Assembly (NCBI GenBank): GCA_002104945.1
Contig: MCFH01000010.1
Span: 62,001-126,000, forward strand
Length of the DNA: 64,000 nucleotides
Origin: Piromyces finnis finn
Lineage: Eukaryota; Fungi; Neocallimastigomycota
Direction: 5' to 3'
Shown here: positions 38,462 to 51,020 of the stretch, in pieces
How positions within the stretch are numbered: the first letter of the stretch is position 1
How the letters are laid out: each line of letters starts with the position of its first letter
Notes under the pieces: generated by a model
Database searches by the model: none
What the model was told of the DNA's origin: nothing
What the model saw: the letters and a program-made list of their open reading frames with translations, nothing else
Program-made: the position numbers and the translations under genes

Positions 38462-40263
38462 ATTAACTCTAATAATCAATATAATTTTTTAAATTAATAT
38501 TAATATATATTAATATATATTAAATATGTTTTTTAAACAGAAAAAATAGGTGAATAATCTAGTATTATAATTTAAATTAATTAAAATAAATTAAATTCTT
38601 AATTTTAAATAAAATGCTGCAGCTATGAGAATTTTGATTATATCTATTTTTAAATCGAAATTAATTTTATTTCTTTACTTTTTATGAAAAATGTGTATAA
38701 TTATGTACAATCTTATTTTTAACATATTTATTATTTTATTTACATTTATTTCTTTAGTAATGTACATGATTTATAGTTTTTTACATAAGAAAAATTTATA
38801 ATAAAACTGTAATTCTTACTAAAAAATGATAATTATTTCTAGGTAATTAAATGATGAAATAAAAAGAATAAAAACATACAAAGAATATGGTTTTATATAT
38901 ATAATATCTAAAAAATATAGAACATTATTAAAATTAATTCATGTAAAATATTTTGTAATTATAATACATATGAAATAACAAATTTATAAATATTAACAAA
39001 GACATTAAACTATTTATTAATAAAAAAATCTCAATCTCAATATATTTTTAATTTCTCATCCAATATTTTTTTTTAATATATAAAATTATTTTGATATATG
39101 TTAACTCAAAATTAAGATACACTATAAAAATCTATAAAAATACTTAGATTCAAATATTAAACTAGAAATTACTTTTCATATATTTTATAATAATAATACA
39201 TTTTAATTTTAAAATCATTTAAATCTATTAATATATATTATATACAATATATATAATTTTTGTATTTTTATAAATAATTATATATAAAATTTCATAATTT
39301 AAAAAAATATGAAAAAAAAAAAATAAGTTTCTTATAAATAAATATAAACTTCATTATAAACAAGTGTGATGGTCATATTATTCATATTTATAGTATAATA
39401 AATTTAAATTATCAATATTTATATAGCATTTTATGAAAAATAAAATATAATATATATAAATAAAATAAGTTAATAATTTATTTAATATAAACTTGTAGTT
39501 TAAAATGAATAAGTATAATAAATATATAATCTTAATTTCTTTAATTTTTATAAAACTAAAAAATATATTTTTTCAATTTTTCTTTTTATATACATATAGA
39601 GACAATTATATAAGATCCAAAATTTTTTAGCATCTTAATAAATACTAGTTCAAATGTTATTTAACTATTTAATTTGAAAATTAATCTTATCAAACTTATA
39701 ATAAGCATATTTTAAATTATTATATATATTATCTCCTTTAAAATGTAAATTTTGCTTTCTATTTTAAGTATATATTGTCTTTGAAATGCTATTAGAAAAA
39801 TCACTTAGATAAAACTTAAAGTCTTAAAGTAGTCTATAAAAAATAACTCCGATATTAATTTAATATTTGTTTCATATATTTCTAATAAATTTTATATTAT
39901 ATTTAATAGTATTTATTTATAAAAATTATAAATAAAACAATAAATTTTAAAGTTACTGTTTTTAAATAAATATATTATAGCATAACATTACTTTATTTTG
40001 TTAAAATAAACAAAATAAGATTAAACGATAATTAAAAAATTTTGATTTTTAAGTTTAATTATACTTAATTTAAATTAATTTATTTTTACCAAAAAGTATA
40101 TATACAACATAACTTCCCCTCTCCATTTTAAATTTAATAATTATTTTTATTGATTTAAAATCTTTAAAAGGTAATATTATATTTAAAAAAATATATGGTA
40201 ATTATTTAAGAAAAATACTAATTTTTATTAATTATAATATATATAAAATAGCAATTAAAAAAA

Positions 40264-40470
40264 ATGGAAACTCAAAAGTAAGTAATAATTATATATTAAT
40301 ATTAATAATACTTAGAAAATTAATAATAACAAATTATTTTTAAATAAAATAGCTTTATTAACGAACTTAACAAGGACCAAAAGTCTCGTCTTAAGAAGAC
40401 TGAAACTAAGGAAAAGAACTACATTCCAACTAAGGAAGAAATTGAAGCTGAAAAGAAAGAAGAAAAGTAA
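40264..40470 (+). CDS. Monomeric beta-thymosin (43 aa, G-actin-binding peptide)
   Basis: Exon 1 is 40264-40277, the intron is 40278-40352 (gtaagt...aatag) and exon 2 is 40353-40470. Product METQNFINELNKDQKSRLKKTETKEKNYIPTKEEIEAEKKEEK versus thymosin beta-4 [44 protein letters not shown]. Confidence 0.9.
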
Positions 40471-41828
40471 ATAACAAAAATGAAATAACAGCGAATAAAA
40501 AACTAAAAACTCTTAAATGAAAAATATTTAGATTATTATTTTTGGAAACAAACTATTATAATTATTGCTTTCATATGGGAAAAAATAAAAAAAAATAATA
40601 TTTTTATAAATTACAATACCAAACATGTACTTTTTTATATTGAAAGTGCTGTATACCAATACAATCAAAAAATAAAAACAAAAAAAATTCTAAAAAAAAA
40701 TCATTATAGTTCTTAAATAATGTGTGTTAATGAGTACATATAATCAAATTTAAATAAGAAATTTAAGCAAAAATATAAGATAAAAGATGTTTAAATTATT
40801 TATTTTTTAATTATAAATTAGTTTTATATAATAGTTTCACTTAAGTATATTATGGATACAAGATTAGATTATTAAAAAATTTTTTAATATGTAACTTGTA
40901 AATTTATTAATCCTAAATTTTTTTTAAAAAATATTATTTCATTTAGTTTTTTATAATTATTATTAAAAATTAATGTAAAAATTTTAATTTCTTTTAGAAA
41001 GCTAACTAATATAATATATCGTTAACATAAAAATGTATTATCAAAAAGTAATAATTTTTATTGAAATCAGTCATATTTCAAAATACTATTAAAATTTCTA
41101 AGGTTAATACATTATCAAGAACTAAAATATTTCTATTATCTTAATAAACAGACCTTCTTAATTAATAAATAATCATTAGATATTGGGTTTTTTTATTTTC
41201 ACTACTAAATTATATTTTAATAAAAATAAAAAAAAAAAATTATTTTAAATAAATAACTAATAACTAATTTTTATATAAATTAATAATAATCATTACTATA
41301 TTATTTGATAAATTTATGTGTTAAAAATTCTTAATAAAGGATGAAATTGTAATATTTATATATATAAAGTCAATTAAAACAAAAAAAATTATAATTTTTA
41401 CATATTATAATAAATTTCATACATTAGATATTTCAAGATATATTATACAATATTTTTTTTCCTCTTCTTTTATTTTTATGTATTTTTGTATGTGTGGTTT
41501 TATTTAACTTTATATTAAATTTAAATATTACTAAAATATCTTCTGTCATATTGTTTCCATTATATATTCTTTTATATAAAAAAAATTAAATATATTTCAT
41601 TCAGTAAATGCTTCTGAACAATTTAAAATCCCGAATTTATATACTTAATTTATTTATCTGTAATGGATTATATATACAAATTAATAGCAGTGTAATACCA
41701 ATTTAATATATATAATTAAAAATAATATTTATTATAATAAATAAAGTTTAATCTTTTTCTAATAATTTTTAGTTAATTTAACATATAAGTTTTATAGAAC
41801 AGATTTAACAAAATTATAATTAATAGTA

Positions 41829-44800
41829 ATGGCATCTTTTTTGAAAAAGAAGTTAAAAGGTATTTAATTACATCAAATTATATAGAAACTATTTTATTAA
41901 TCATATTATATTTTATTTCTTATAGGTCATAATTCAACTAATATTTTAATAGATAAAAAAGATAAAGATGATACACTATCCTGTAATAAAACAACTATAC
42001 AATCTTCTATTAATAATAAATATGAGTATAATGCATCAAGTGCTGATATGAATTTTTTATCTTCCTCAAAAATAAAATTAAATGATAAAAATGCAATTGA
42101 GGATAAAAAGGATATTACTAGTAAAAATAATGATGAAACAACAAATGATATACCATATGAAAAAAAAAATGAATCAAAAAATATAGATAATGTTAATACT
42201 AATACTAATAATATCAATAATAATAATAATAATAAGAATGAGAATAATCACAATATAGAAAATAAAAATGAAGATAAAAAAAATATATGGATTGATGTAG
42301 TTTATGATCCATTTAATGGTATTCAGACTACTTCAGATTGTATTGATTTAGTAGATGTAGACGGTATTAACCAGCATCATTTAGTTATTGCGGATTTTGG
42401 AGATTATAAAAATAATAAATATATAAAATCTGGATCATTAATATCAATGAATGAAGATAGCAATTTAATAAACAAAAAATATAATAAAAATACTGAAAAT
42501 GAATCATCAGTTTTTAAAAAACAAAATGAAAAAAAATTATTAATGAAAAATAGAGTTTCTTCATTAATATTAAATAAAAATGATGTCGCAATGAATGATA
42601 ATAAAACTGGAATACCAGTATTGAAAATATTTAAAGGTATGCTATTAAAATTATTAGTATCAATATTTTGAAGAAATTAATAAAATAGTAGAGAAATACT
42701 AATTAAATATTATTTTTATTATAGATGATAATGTTGAAACTAAATTAGACCTTCCAGATATACCTAGAGCAATATGTTCATTCTATACAGATTCACAGCA
42801 AGAAACACATCCGACTATTGCTGTTGCTATTGGAACAACAATATATATGTACCGTGATAGATTTCCATATATTAAAATGACACTTCCTCCTATTGAGGCT
42901 AATCCATTAGAGGAAGAAGCCTGGAAAAATGTAATTATGCAAGTTAATAATGCTAATAAAACATTTGATAGAAATTCTGATATAAAAGTATCGAATATTT
43001 CGGATTCTGATATTTCTTTAAATGAAACATCTGATAAACATAAACATTCTGCCAGTAATGAAAAATTAAACAACAATATAAATAATAATAATATAGAAAA
43101 TAATGAACAAAATGATGAGCTACATTCAAAATTAGTAACAATAGTTAATGAATTGGTTGAAACTTTGTCATCACTACGAAATAATGGTGTTATTCAGTTA
43201 ACACAAATAAGTATTGAATTTTTAGCATTAGATGATATTGAAACAAAAATTGCTTTTATTGTTGGAAATCTTGATTTTACTTTATCTATTGAGGTAATGC
43301 TATGATTTATATAATTTAGTAATATAAATGATAATGATAGGGAAAAAATTAAATTTCAACATAAAAAATCAATAATTTTATAATATAGCCAACAATTACA
43401 ACAATGACTACAATAAAAAAAGATTCTGAAGAAGTAGAAAGTATAAGTTATCTTGTGGTTGGAGTTAACGAAAAATTAGTATATATTGTTAATCCTAACG
43501 GTTGTCAAGTCATAGAAAAAGTATGATAGTATCGATATATTAATTCATGAATAATTTTTATATAATTTTGAAGTAAATAATAATAGCTTTCATTTCATAT
43601 AAGTTTCAATTATCAAGTTCAATTCAATTATTATCAGTATATGGATTATATGAATCTAAATATCATATAATAGCTGGTTGTTTTGACGGTTCAATATATT
43701 ATTTGTCTGGGTAGAATATAAAATTTTGTGAAGATAAAAAATTTAATAAATTCAATTATAAATTACTAATATCATAATATTTTATATATCAAATAGTAAT
43801 TCTTGTTATAAAATTGTTCAATTAGAATTTTTGCCAATAGGTATTGTTACATTTGAGAAATCCATAATTATTGGGTGTATGAATAACACCTTGTATTCAT
43901 ACTCAATTACAGTAAGTACTCTAATTATTATTTCTGCCTTATTGTTTATATTATTATAACAAAGTATTTCGTCTATTTTAATAATCTATTAATAAAAAAA
44001 TTAGGGAAAAAAACAATATAGTATTAATTTGCCATCACCTATTGTTAATATTCAGGAATTAAATGGAAGTTTAAGAAAAGTAAAATGTTATGCTGTTTCA
44101 TTACAAAATAATGAAGTCAGAGTCTTTAGCGATAAAAATTTAATCTTAACTATACCAACACCTGTAATTTTTTTTTTTTTTTTCATATACGCTTTCATAA
44201 TTTTAAACTTTCATTTTTCCTATGTAATTAACTTCAATAATATATTTATGAAAATTAAAGGACATAATTACTGGAATGATATTTGGAAAGTTTGAAAGAG
44301 AACAAAATAGTTTAATTATGATTACAAAAAATGGAGGATTAATAATAAAATTTTTAAAGAGGAACGCAACTTCAACATTTGAAGATATTAATTTAAGACC
44401 ACCAATTGAACAAAAAGAACCAATAAATGTTCCGAAAAAGACAAGACTATATATTGATCAAATAGTTAGAGAAAAAGAAAATGCTATTGGTAATTATTAT
44501 ATAAAATATAATAATACTATACATAATATAAAGTGTATAATAATAAAATTCTATTATTATATATAGAAATGCATACAATTTTCCAAAGAGATTTATTTCG
44601 TATGAAATTAATTGCAGCAAGAGCATATGCAAAAACATTTAAAAATACATTAAATCCTATATCAGGAACATCTACTGCTAAAATAAAAATGACATTAGAA
44701 GTAAATATATATAGAAAAAAGAGCAATATTATGATTTATTATAAAAATTAATTTAATATTTTTCAAATTTTATAGATTTTAGGAATAAATGTTAATTTCA

Positions 44801-45177
44801 AAATTAGACTTGATATTACGAATATAGGCAATAATATTGCTAAAAACTTGTTTGTTTTGTTTGACTATAACAATGAAATATTTACAATTGAAAAACCGAT
44901 AATAAATGTAATATTTTAATATAATTATATATATTATTTAAATAAAATTATTATTCCAATAATAAAATTATTAATTATATAATGATAGATACCTATTATT
45001 CTTCCAGGAATAAATTATACCATCGATTGTTTAATCAAACAAAATACCCAAGCATATGATAAAGAATTAAATAATCAAATAAAGATTCTATTATGTGAAA
45101 AGGGATATATAACACCAATTGTAACTAGTGTAGCAGATGTTGGAATGTGTCAAGATTTGTTAGAAATATATGAATAA
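41829..45177 (+). CDS. BBS1: BBSome subunit BBS1
   Basis: WIDVVYDPFNGIQTTSDCIDLVDVDG..HLVIADFG, YRDRFPYIKMTLPPIEANPLEEEAW, DIITGMIFGKFEREQNSL and HTIFQRDLFRMKLIAARAY are colinear with BBS1. Start exon 41829-41859, stop 45177. Confidence 0.92.
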
Positions 45178-45559
45178 TTATTTAAATAAATATATAGAAA
45201 ACAATAATATATTCTATAATTTTAACACACTTTTTTCAAAGTATTATTTCTATTAAAATGTATAAAAATTTTAGTTTAATTTTATTCAATTAATTTTATA
45301 TTTAATAACAATCTTTTTACAATTATAAAATAAAATTCAAATTTTTTTTTTTTGATAATTGCCGATAAACTTTATACATATTTATTTATTTATTTTTAAT
45401 TTTCTCTTGTAAAAATTTACTTGATCTTCTTATTTATATCTACCTATATATATTTATCTATCTATTTATTTATTTATTAATCGTTTTTTTCTTCTTGACA
45501 ATAAATAATTAGAATAATTAGATAAAAACATAAATGTGATGTATTATAATTGTTATATC

Positions 45560-46693
45560 TTATTTTTCTTTTTCTTTATTAAAGTAGTTTTTTATTTTAC
45601 TTCCAAATAATGGTGGAATTAAAGCTAAAATTGAGATAGGAATTATTTTTGCGAAAAATCCAGCATTAAATATATCTTTTGTAGAATTTAATGATAATAA
45701 GATGAAACCAGCTTGGGTCGAAAAAATATTATAAGATAATAATCCGAGTAGATTTGTTAAAAAGAAATGTGGAAAAAATTTTATTTTTAATAGAGGGCTT
45801 GCTATATTTACAAACCTAATAATTAATATATTTTATTTTCAAAATAATAATAATATATAATAATATGTACAAATAAATAAATATGATATATTTATATATA
45901 TATATGTATTATCATTGAATATACATACCAATTTGGAGTTATTGGGAATAATCTAATAAATAATAAATAAAAGAATAAATTTCCTTCATTTTGTTTGATT
46001 TTAATTTCTAATGATTTAATTTTATCCTTTGCATAATAATTAAGTAAAGATCCTAAACATAATTTAGAAATAAAATAACAAATAGAAGCACCAATTGAAG
46101 ATAATAATACAACCATAATAATTCCTACTTCCCCAAATAATGCACCTTAATTTTGCAATATTTACATAATTAGTATTATAATAATGATAATAAACATTAT
46201 AAAATGTTAAATATATATATAATACCTCCAAGGATATTCTTAATTATGGAATAATAATAACAACAATGTAATAATTTCAAAATATATTTAGAATTAATCA
46301 TATAAATTTTAAAAATTACTTTTTTTTTTTTTTTGTATTTAAATTTATATTTCATACCATAATTATGCTTCCTGGAAGACCAAAAGATGATTTCCATATG
46401 TATATATATGAATATACAAAAATTAATTTTTTCATATTTTCATTTGAATATTCGATAAAAAAAGTACTAAGAGTTTTAGCATCCTCTAAAGATTTTGGTA
46501 AAACTAAAGCTTCATCGGGTAATTCAAAATTCTTTTTAACGTATATAACTAAGAATAATAATGTTACAATTGCAAATATAGCTAATAATGCAACTTTTGA
46601 TAATATATTCCATAAATTTCCTCTTTCTTCTCTTGAAATACTGTCTATGTAAATTGTAGTATTATCTTTAACTTTATCCTTATTTTCATTCAT
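45560..46693 (-). CDS. TMEM41B: TMEM41B/Tvp38-type VTT (DedA) domain membrane protein
   Basis: YIWKSSFGLPGS, SSIGASICYFIS, FYLLFIRLFPITPNW|FVNIASPL and C-terminal KEKEK* (KxKxx motif). Confidence 0.85.
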
Positions 46694-47756
46694 TGTTTAT
46701 TTCTCTTCTTTTTTTTTTTTAAATAAAAAAAATTATTAAATTTTATTTTTTAGTTTCTAAATAACCTTCCATAATTACACACATCACATTGATCAAAACT
46801 TTATTTATTCATTACAAAATGCCTTCACTTACAAAATCTTTATTCATAAAATTTTCTAAAAAATCAATTTACAATTCCACACGTTCTTATTTATAAATAA
46901 GAATTAAATATAAACACCATAAATTTTAAAAATATTATATACAGTTTTCTTTAATTTTTTTTATATTTTTTATATTTTTTATTTTATTTTTTATTATTTA
47001 CATGATATAAATTTATAAACATAATTATTTAAATAAAAAAATAGATATAAAACAGTTTCTTTACCTAAATATATATATAAAAATAATTATATATTAATAT
47101 GATAACATTATTATATAATATTAATTTTATCAATAATAAGCTCATTATGGGTATGTTGTTTCTCAGCATCGAATTAAAAACTCTTAGAGTGGTGCATGAA
47201 CATTAATTTAATCCTCGCTTATTATTTTATTTATTAATTAAAAAAATATTTACCTTTATATTTCAGATTAGCTCCTTATTTACATATATTTCAATTATCA
47301 TTTATACATCTATTTTATTTAAAATAATATAAATATATTAATACACCTTTTTTATTCTAAATAAAAATTAATATTTATTTTTTTTGTTTCTCAGGGTTAA
47401 AAAGCTCTATAATTTTTTCGTTTCATTTATATTTAACTTTAAATATAATCAAATAAGTAATTATCATCCTTGAAACATTTTTTTTATATCTTTTCAAAAT
47501 AACAATTACCTCTTATCAAAATAATTTTCATTGTTAAGGAGGAAGATTAAAATTTTCACTTTTCAATATCTTAAATACTTTAACCGAATTATTAAAACGA
47601 TTGGTTTAAAATAATGCAATATTATTGGTTTATGTATGTATACATTAGTAATACAATACAAGATAATAATTATAATAATTATGTAACTTTGTAAATAAAA
47701 TATTTAATAATACTTAAATAATTATTTATTAATTTTAAGTAAAAGAAAAAACAATA

Positions 47757-49103
47757 ATGGTAAAATTCATAAAAATGAATTTAATATTATAATATTTTTA
47801 TTTAAAAATAATATTAATTTTAAAACAGTCTGTTATATTGGATACAGATTTAGGAGAAATCAAAATAGAAGTTTTCTGTGAAGCTGTTCCGAAAACAGCA
47901 GAAGTATGTAACATAAAGATAAATGTTTGAAATACTATTAAATTTTTGAAAATTAAATATTTCAAATTGTATAAAGAATTTTTTAGCCCTTTGTGCCTCA
48001 GGATATTATGATAATTGCATTTTTCATAGGTAAATTAATTTAATATCAATTCCAATAAAATATTACACTTCATATTAACAAATTATAACTTAAAATCAGA
48101 AATATGAAAGGTTTTATGATACAGGTAAACTTAATATAAAGAATTATAATTATGAAAATTTCTTAATATTAATTTTCATATGAATATTCATTTTATTTAT
48201 GTTTTTTTAAAAAAAAAAAAAAAATATTAAAGACTGGTGATCCAACAGGTATAAACAATTTTTCTTAATAAATCAACAAATTTGAATTTTTAATAAAAAA
48301 AAATATAAAAATAATAATTTGTAATTATAAGGAACTGGAAAAGGTGGAACATCAATTTGGGGAAAACCTTTTGAAGATGAAATTAAACCAACTTTAAAGG
48401 TAAAAAATGATATAATTGAACTAAAATATAAAATTATATTATATTATATTATATTATATTATATTATTATGTATTATGTATTATTATAATATTTAAATTG
48501 TAATTATCTTCATTATTATTTCTAAATAAAACAATAAAAAGCATAATCGTCGAGGAATAGTTTCAATGGCTAATAAGTAAATACATATTTTTTGATATTA
48601 TTAAAATTAAATATATCCTATTTCCTATACATTTTTTAAAAATCTTAAATCAAATATTAATTCTTTAATTAAAAATAACAACACTTTTTTAAAAGTGGAC
48701 CTGACACAAATAAATCCCAATTTTTCATAACATATTCAAAGCAATCGCATTTAGATACTAAGTATACTGTTTTCGGAAAGTATGTTATTCAAGAATAAGG
48801 AAATTGACAATTCATTTTTCTAAAAAATAATTTTATATTAAATATATATATATTAATTTTAAAAATAGGGTCATTGATGGAATGGAAACATTAGAAGCTC
48901 TTGAAAAGATATCTGTTGACGAAAAATATCGCCCAATTCAAGAAGTAAAAATAAAATCAGTCAAGATATTAGCCAACCCAAGTAATTATATATTATATCT
49001 ATAAACTCAATGTATTAATAAAGCATTTAGTAAAATTAATTTACCATATATATATATATTTTTTAAAATAAATATAATTTTAGTTGCTGACAAAGAATCA
49101 TAA
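47757..49103 (+). CDS. PPIL3: Cyclophilin PPIL3/Cyp10, 10 exons
   Basis: M|[25 protein letters not shown]|[17 protein letters not shown]|RNMKGFMIQ|TGDPT|[11 protein letters not shown]...|[12 protein letters not shown]|[23 protein letters not shown]|KVIDG...ILANP. Entirely absent from the ORF track. Confidence 0.93.
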
Positions 49104-51020
49104 AATAATATATAAGAATTTATCAATTAAAGTTCTATAATTATAAATGTAATATATCCATATTAAACCTTAGAACTAACTATTACAGCTTGTATAAAAA
49201 TAATACTTAATAGTAAAAAATAAATATAACTGTATCATTCATTTGATAACAATTACTTTTCACCTAATTTATAATTAGAAATATTAAAATAAATTACATT
49301 TAATAAATTTATTCAATCTATCTAAATATTTCAAGTATATTAAAGCATATTAACATTATTATTTTTTAATCTTATAATACAGATTTAGATTTTTTTAATT
49401 ATAATATTTAGAATTTTTAATGAAGCGGAGATTAATATGTATATAATATATTTTTTTAATAAATTTATTAATTTTTTTAAAAAAATTTTATTTAATATTA
49501 AAATATTTTAAAAAGTAAATTTATTATATATATTACTTAAAAAGTAATATGAATTTTATAAAAATCATTTATTACTATTATTACTATTATTTTTACCTAT
49601 ACTAATTAGGATATATGTTTTCTTAAAACATATTGAATATTTTATATAAAACCTATATTAAAACTCATATAATAATAGTATATAAATTGTTATTAATTTT
49701 AGCTATAAATATGATGTAATTAATTTGAAGCTAGATAGAATAGTTCATAATAATGATTTATTGCTTTTTGTTTATTTGAGATTCTAAAAATATAAACTTT
49801 AAGGTTTGATGACCTCAAAAAAAAAAAAAAAAAAGAATATATTTAAATTATATAATACTAAATTTACACAGATAAAAGAAAACATCATTAAGAAGGAGTC
49901 ACCTATTAATAAATTTTTTTAAAAATAATAAATATACTATGTATTGAAATTTAATCTTTTCATATATGATATATTTACATTATTTAATTAATTCTTAACT
50001 ATATGTTTTGAGCTTTGTTATGGATAATATATAATTAATTTATATTTTTTAAAATGTTCATTTGATTAAATATTTAAAGTTTTAATTTTTTTTTACTTTT
50101 TTTTTTTTTTGAAAATAAAAAGTAATAATCAAATTAAACTTTACTTAAATTAATGATTAAATAATTAATTAATATATTATCCAAATTAAATAATATATTG
50201 TATTAATATAAGTTTTTATTTCATATAAAATATTTATTTAATTTTAATTTTTATTTTTTATATCTTTTCTTAATTTATCACTTAAAAATTCATTATATTT
50301 TATATTTAAAATTTAATTTATTTTCATTAATTTAAATATATTTTATTATATTGTTAATATATAGCTATATATATTATTTAATTATCCAATTAAAAGAAAG
50401 AGTATAATTAAAAAAGAAAGTGTTATAAGAGAATATTGGTTTTAAAGTATTCCTTTTTTGTATTAAGTGTCTTTAAACATTCATTAGTATTTAAACAATT
50501 TTAACATTATTGTTTTAATATTATTTAATTAGAAAAACAATTATTGAAAGATATTGTATATTTAAGAATAATTAATTTAAAAAAAAAAATAAAGGCTTAT
50601 ATAATATTAAAAAATAATTATTAACTTTAATAACAATTAGTTAGTTTTTTATAATAAATATATTTTTAAAAAAGATAATAGTTTATAGAAAATATACCTG
50701 TTATTTCAAATGATTAATAGTAATTACATATAATTATTGTTAAATAGCAAAAAAAATTAAATTGTATTTTAAAAAGGTATTAAATTGCTTTAAATTCTTT
50801 TAAAATAATATATACTATACTTAACAATATCAAAAAAAAAAATAATAATAATAAAATAAACCTATATAAATATAATAAAAAGGGGGGGAAAAATAGTCTA
50901 TGTAATTTATACATGAAATAAATAAGCATTTCTTATTCTATTCATAATTTATCATTTAATTTAAAATAAAAAAAAAAAATACATTTATAATTTTAATTTC
51001 CTCATAAAAGTAATTAAGAG

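Noticed and set aside
7244-40470. Formin plus beta-thymosin as an actin gene cluster
   Set aside because: They are more than 26 kb apart with many unrelated genes between them.
49800-49820. TGATGA box C of a possible C/D snoRNA
   Set aside because: No matching CTGA box D at a suitable distance.
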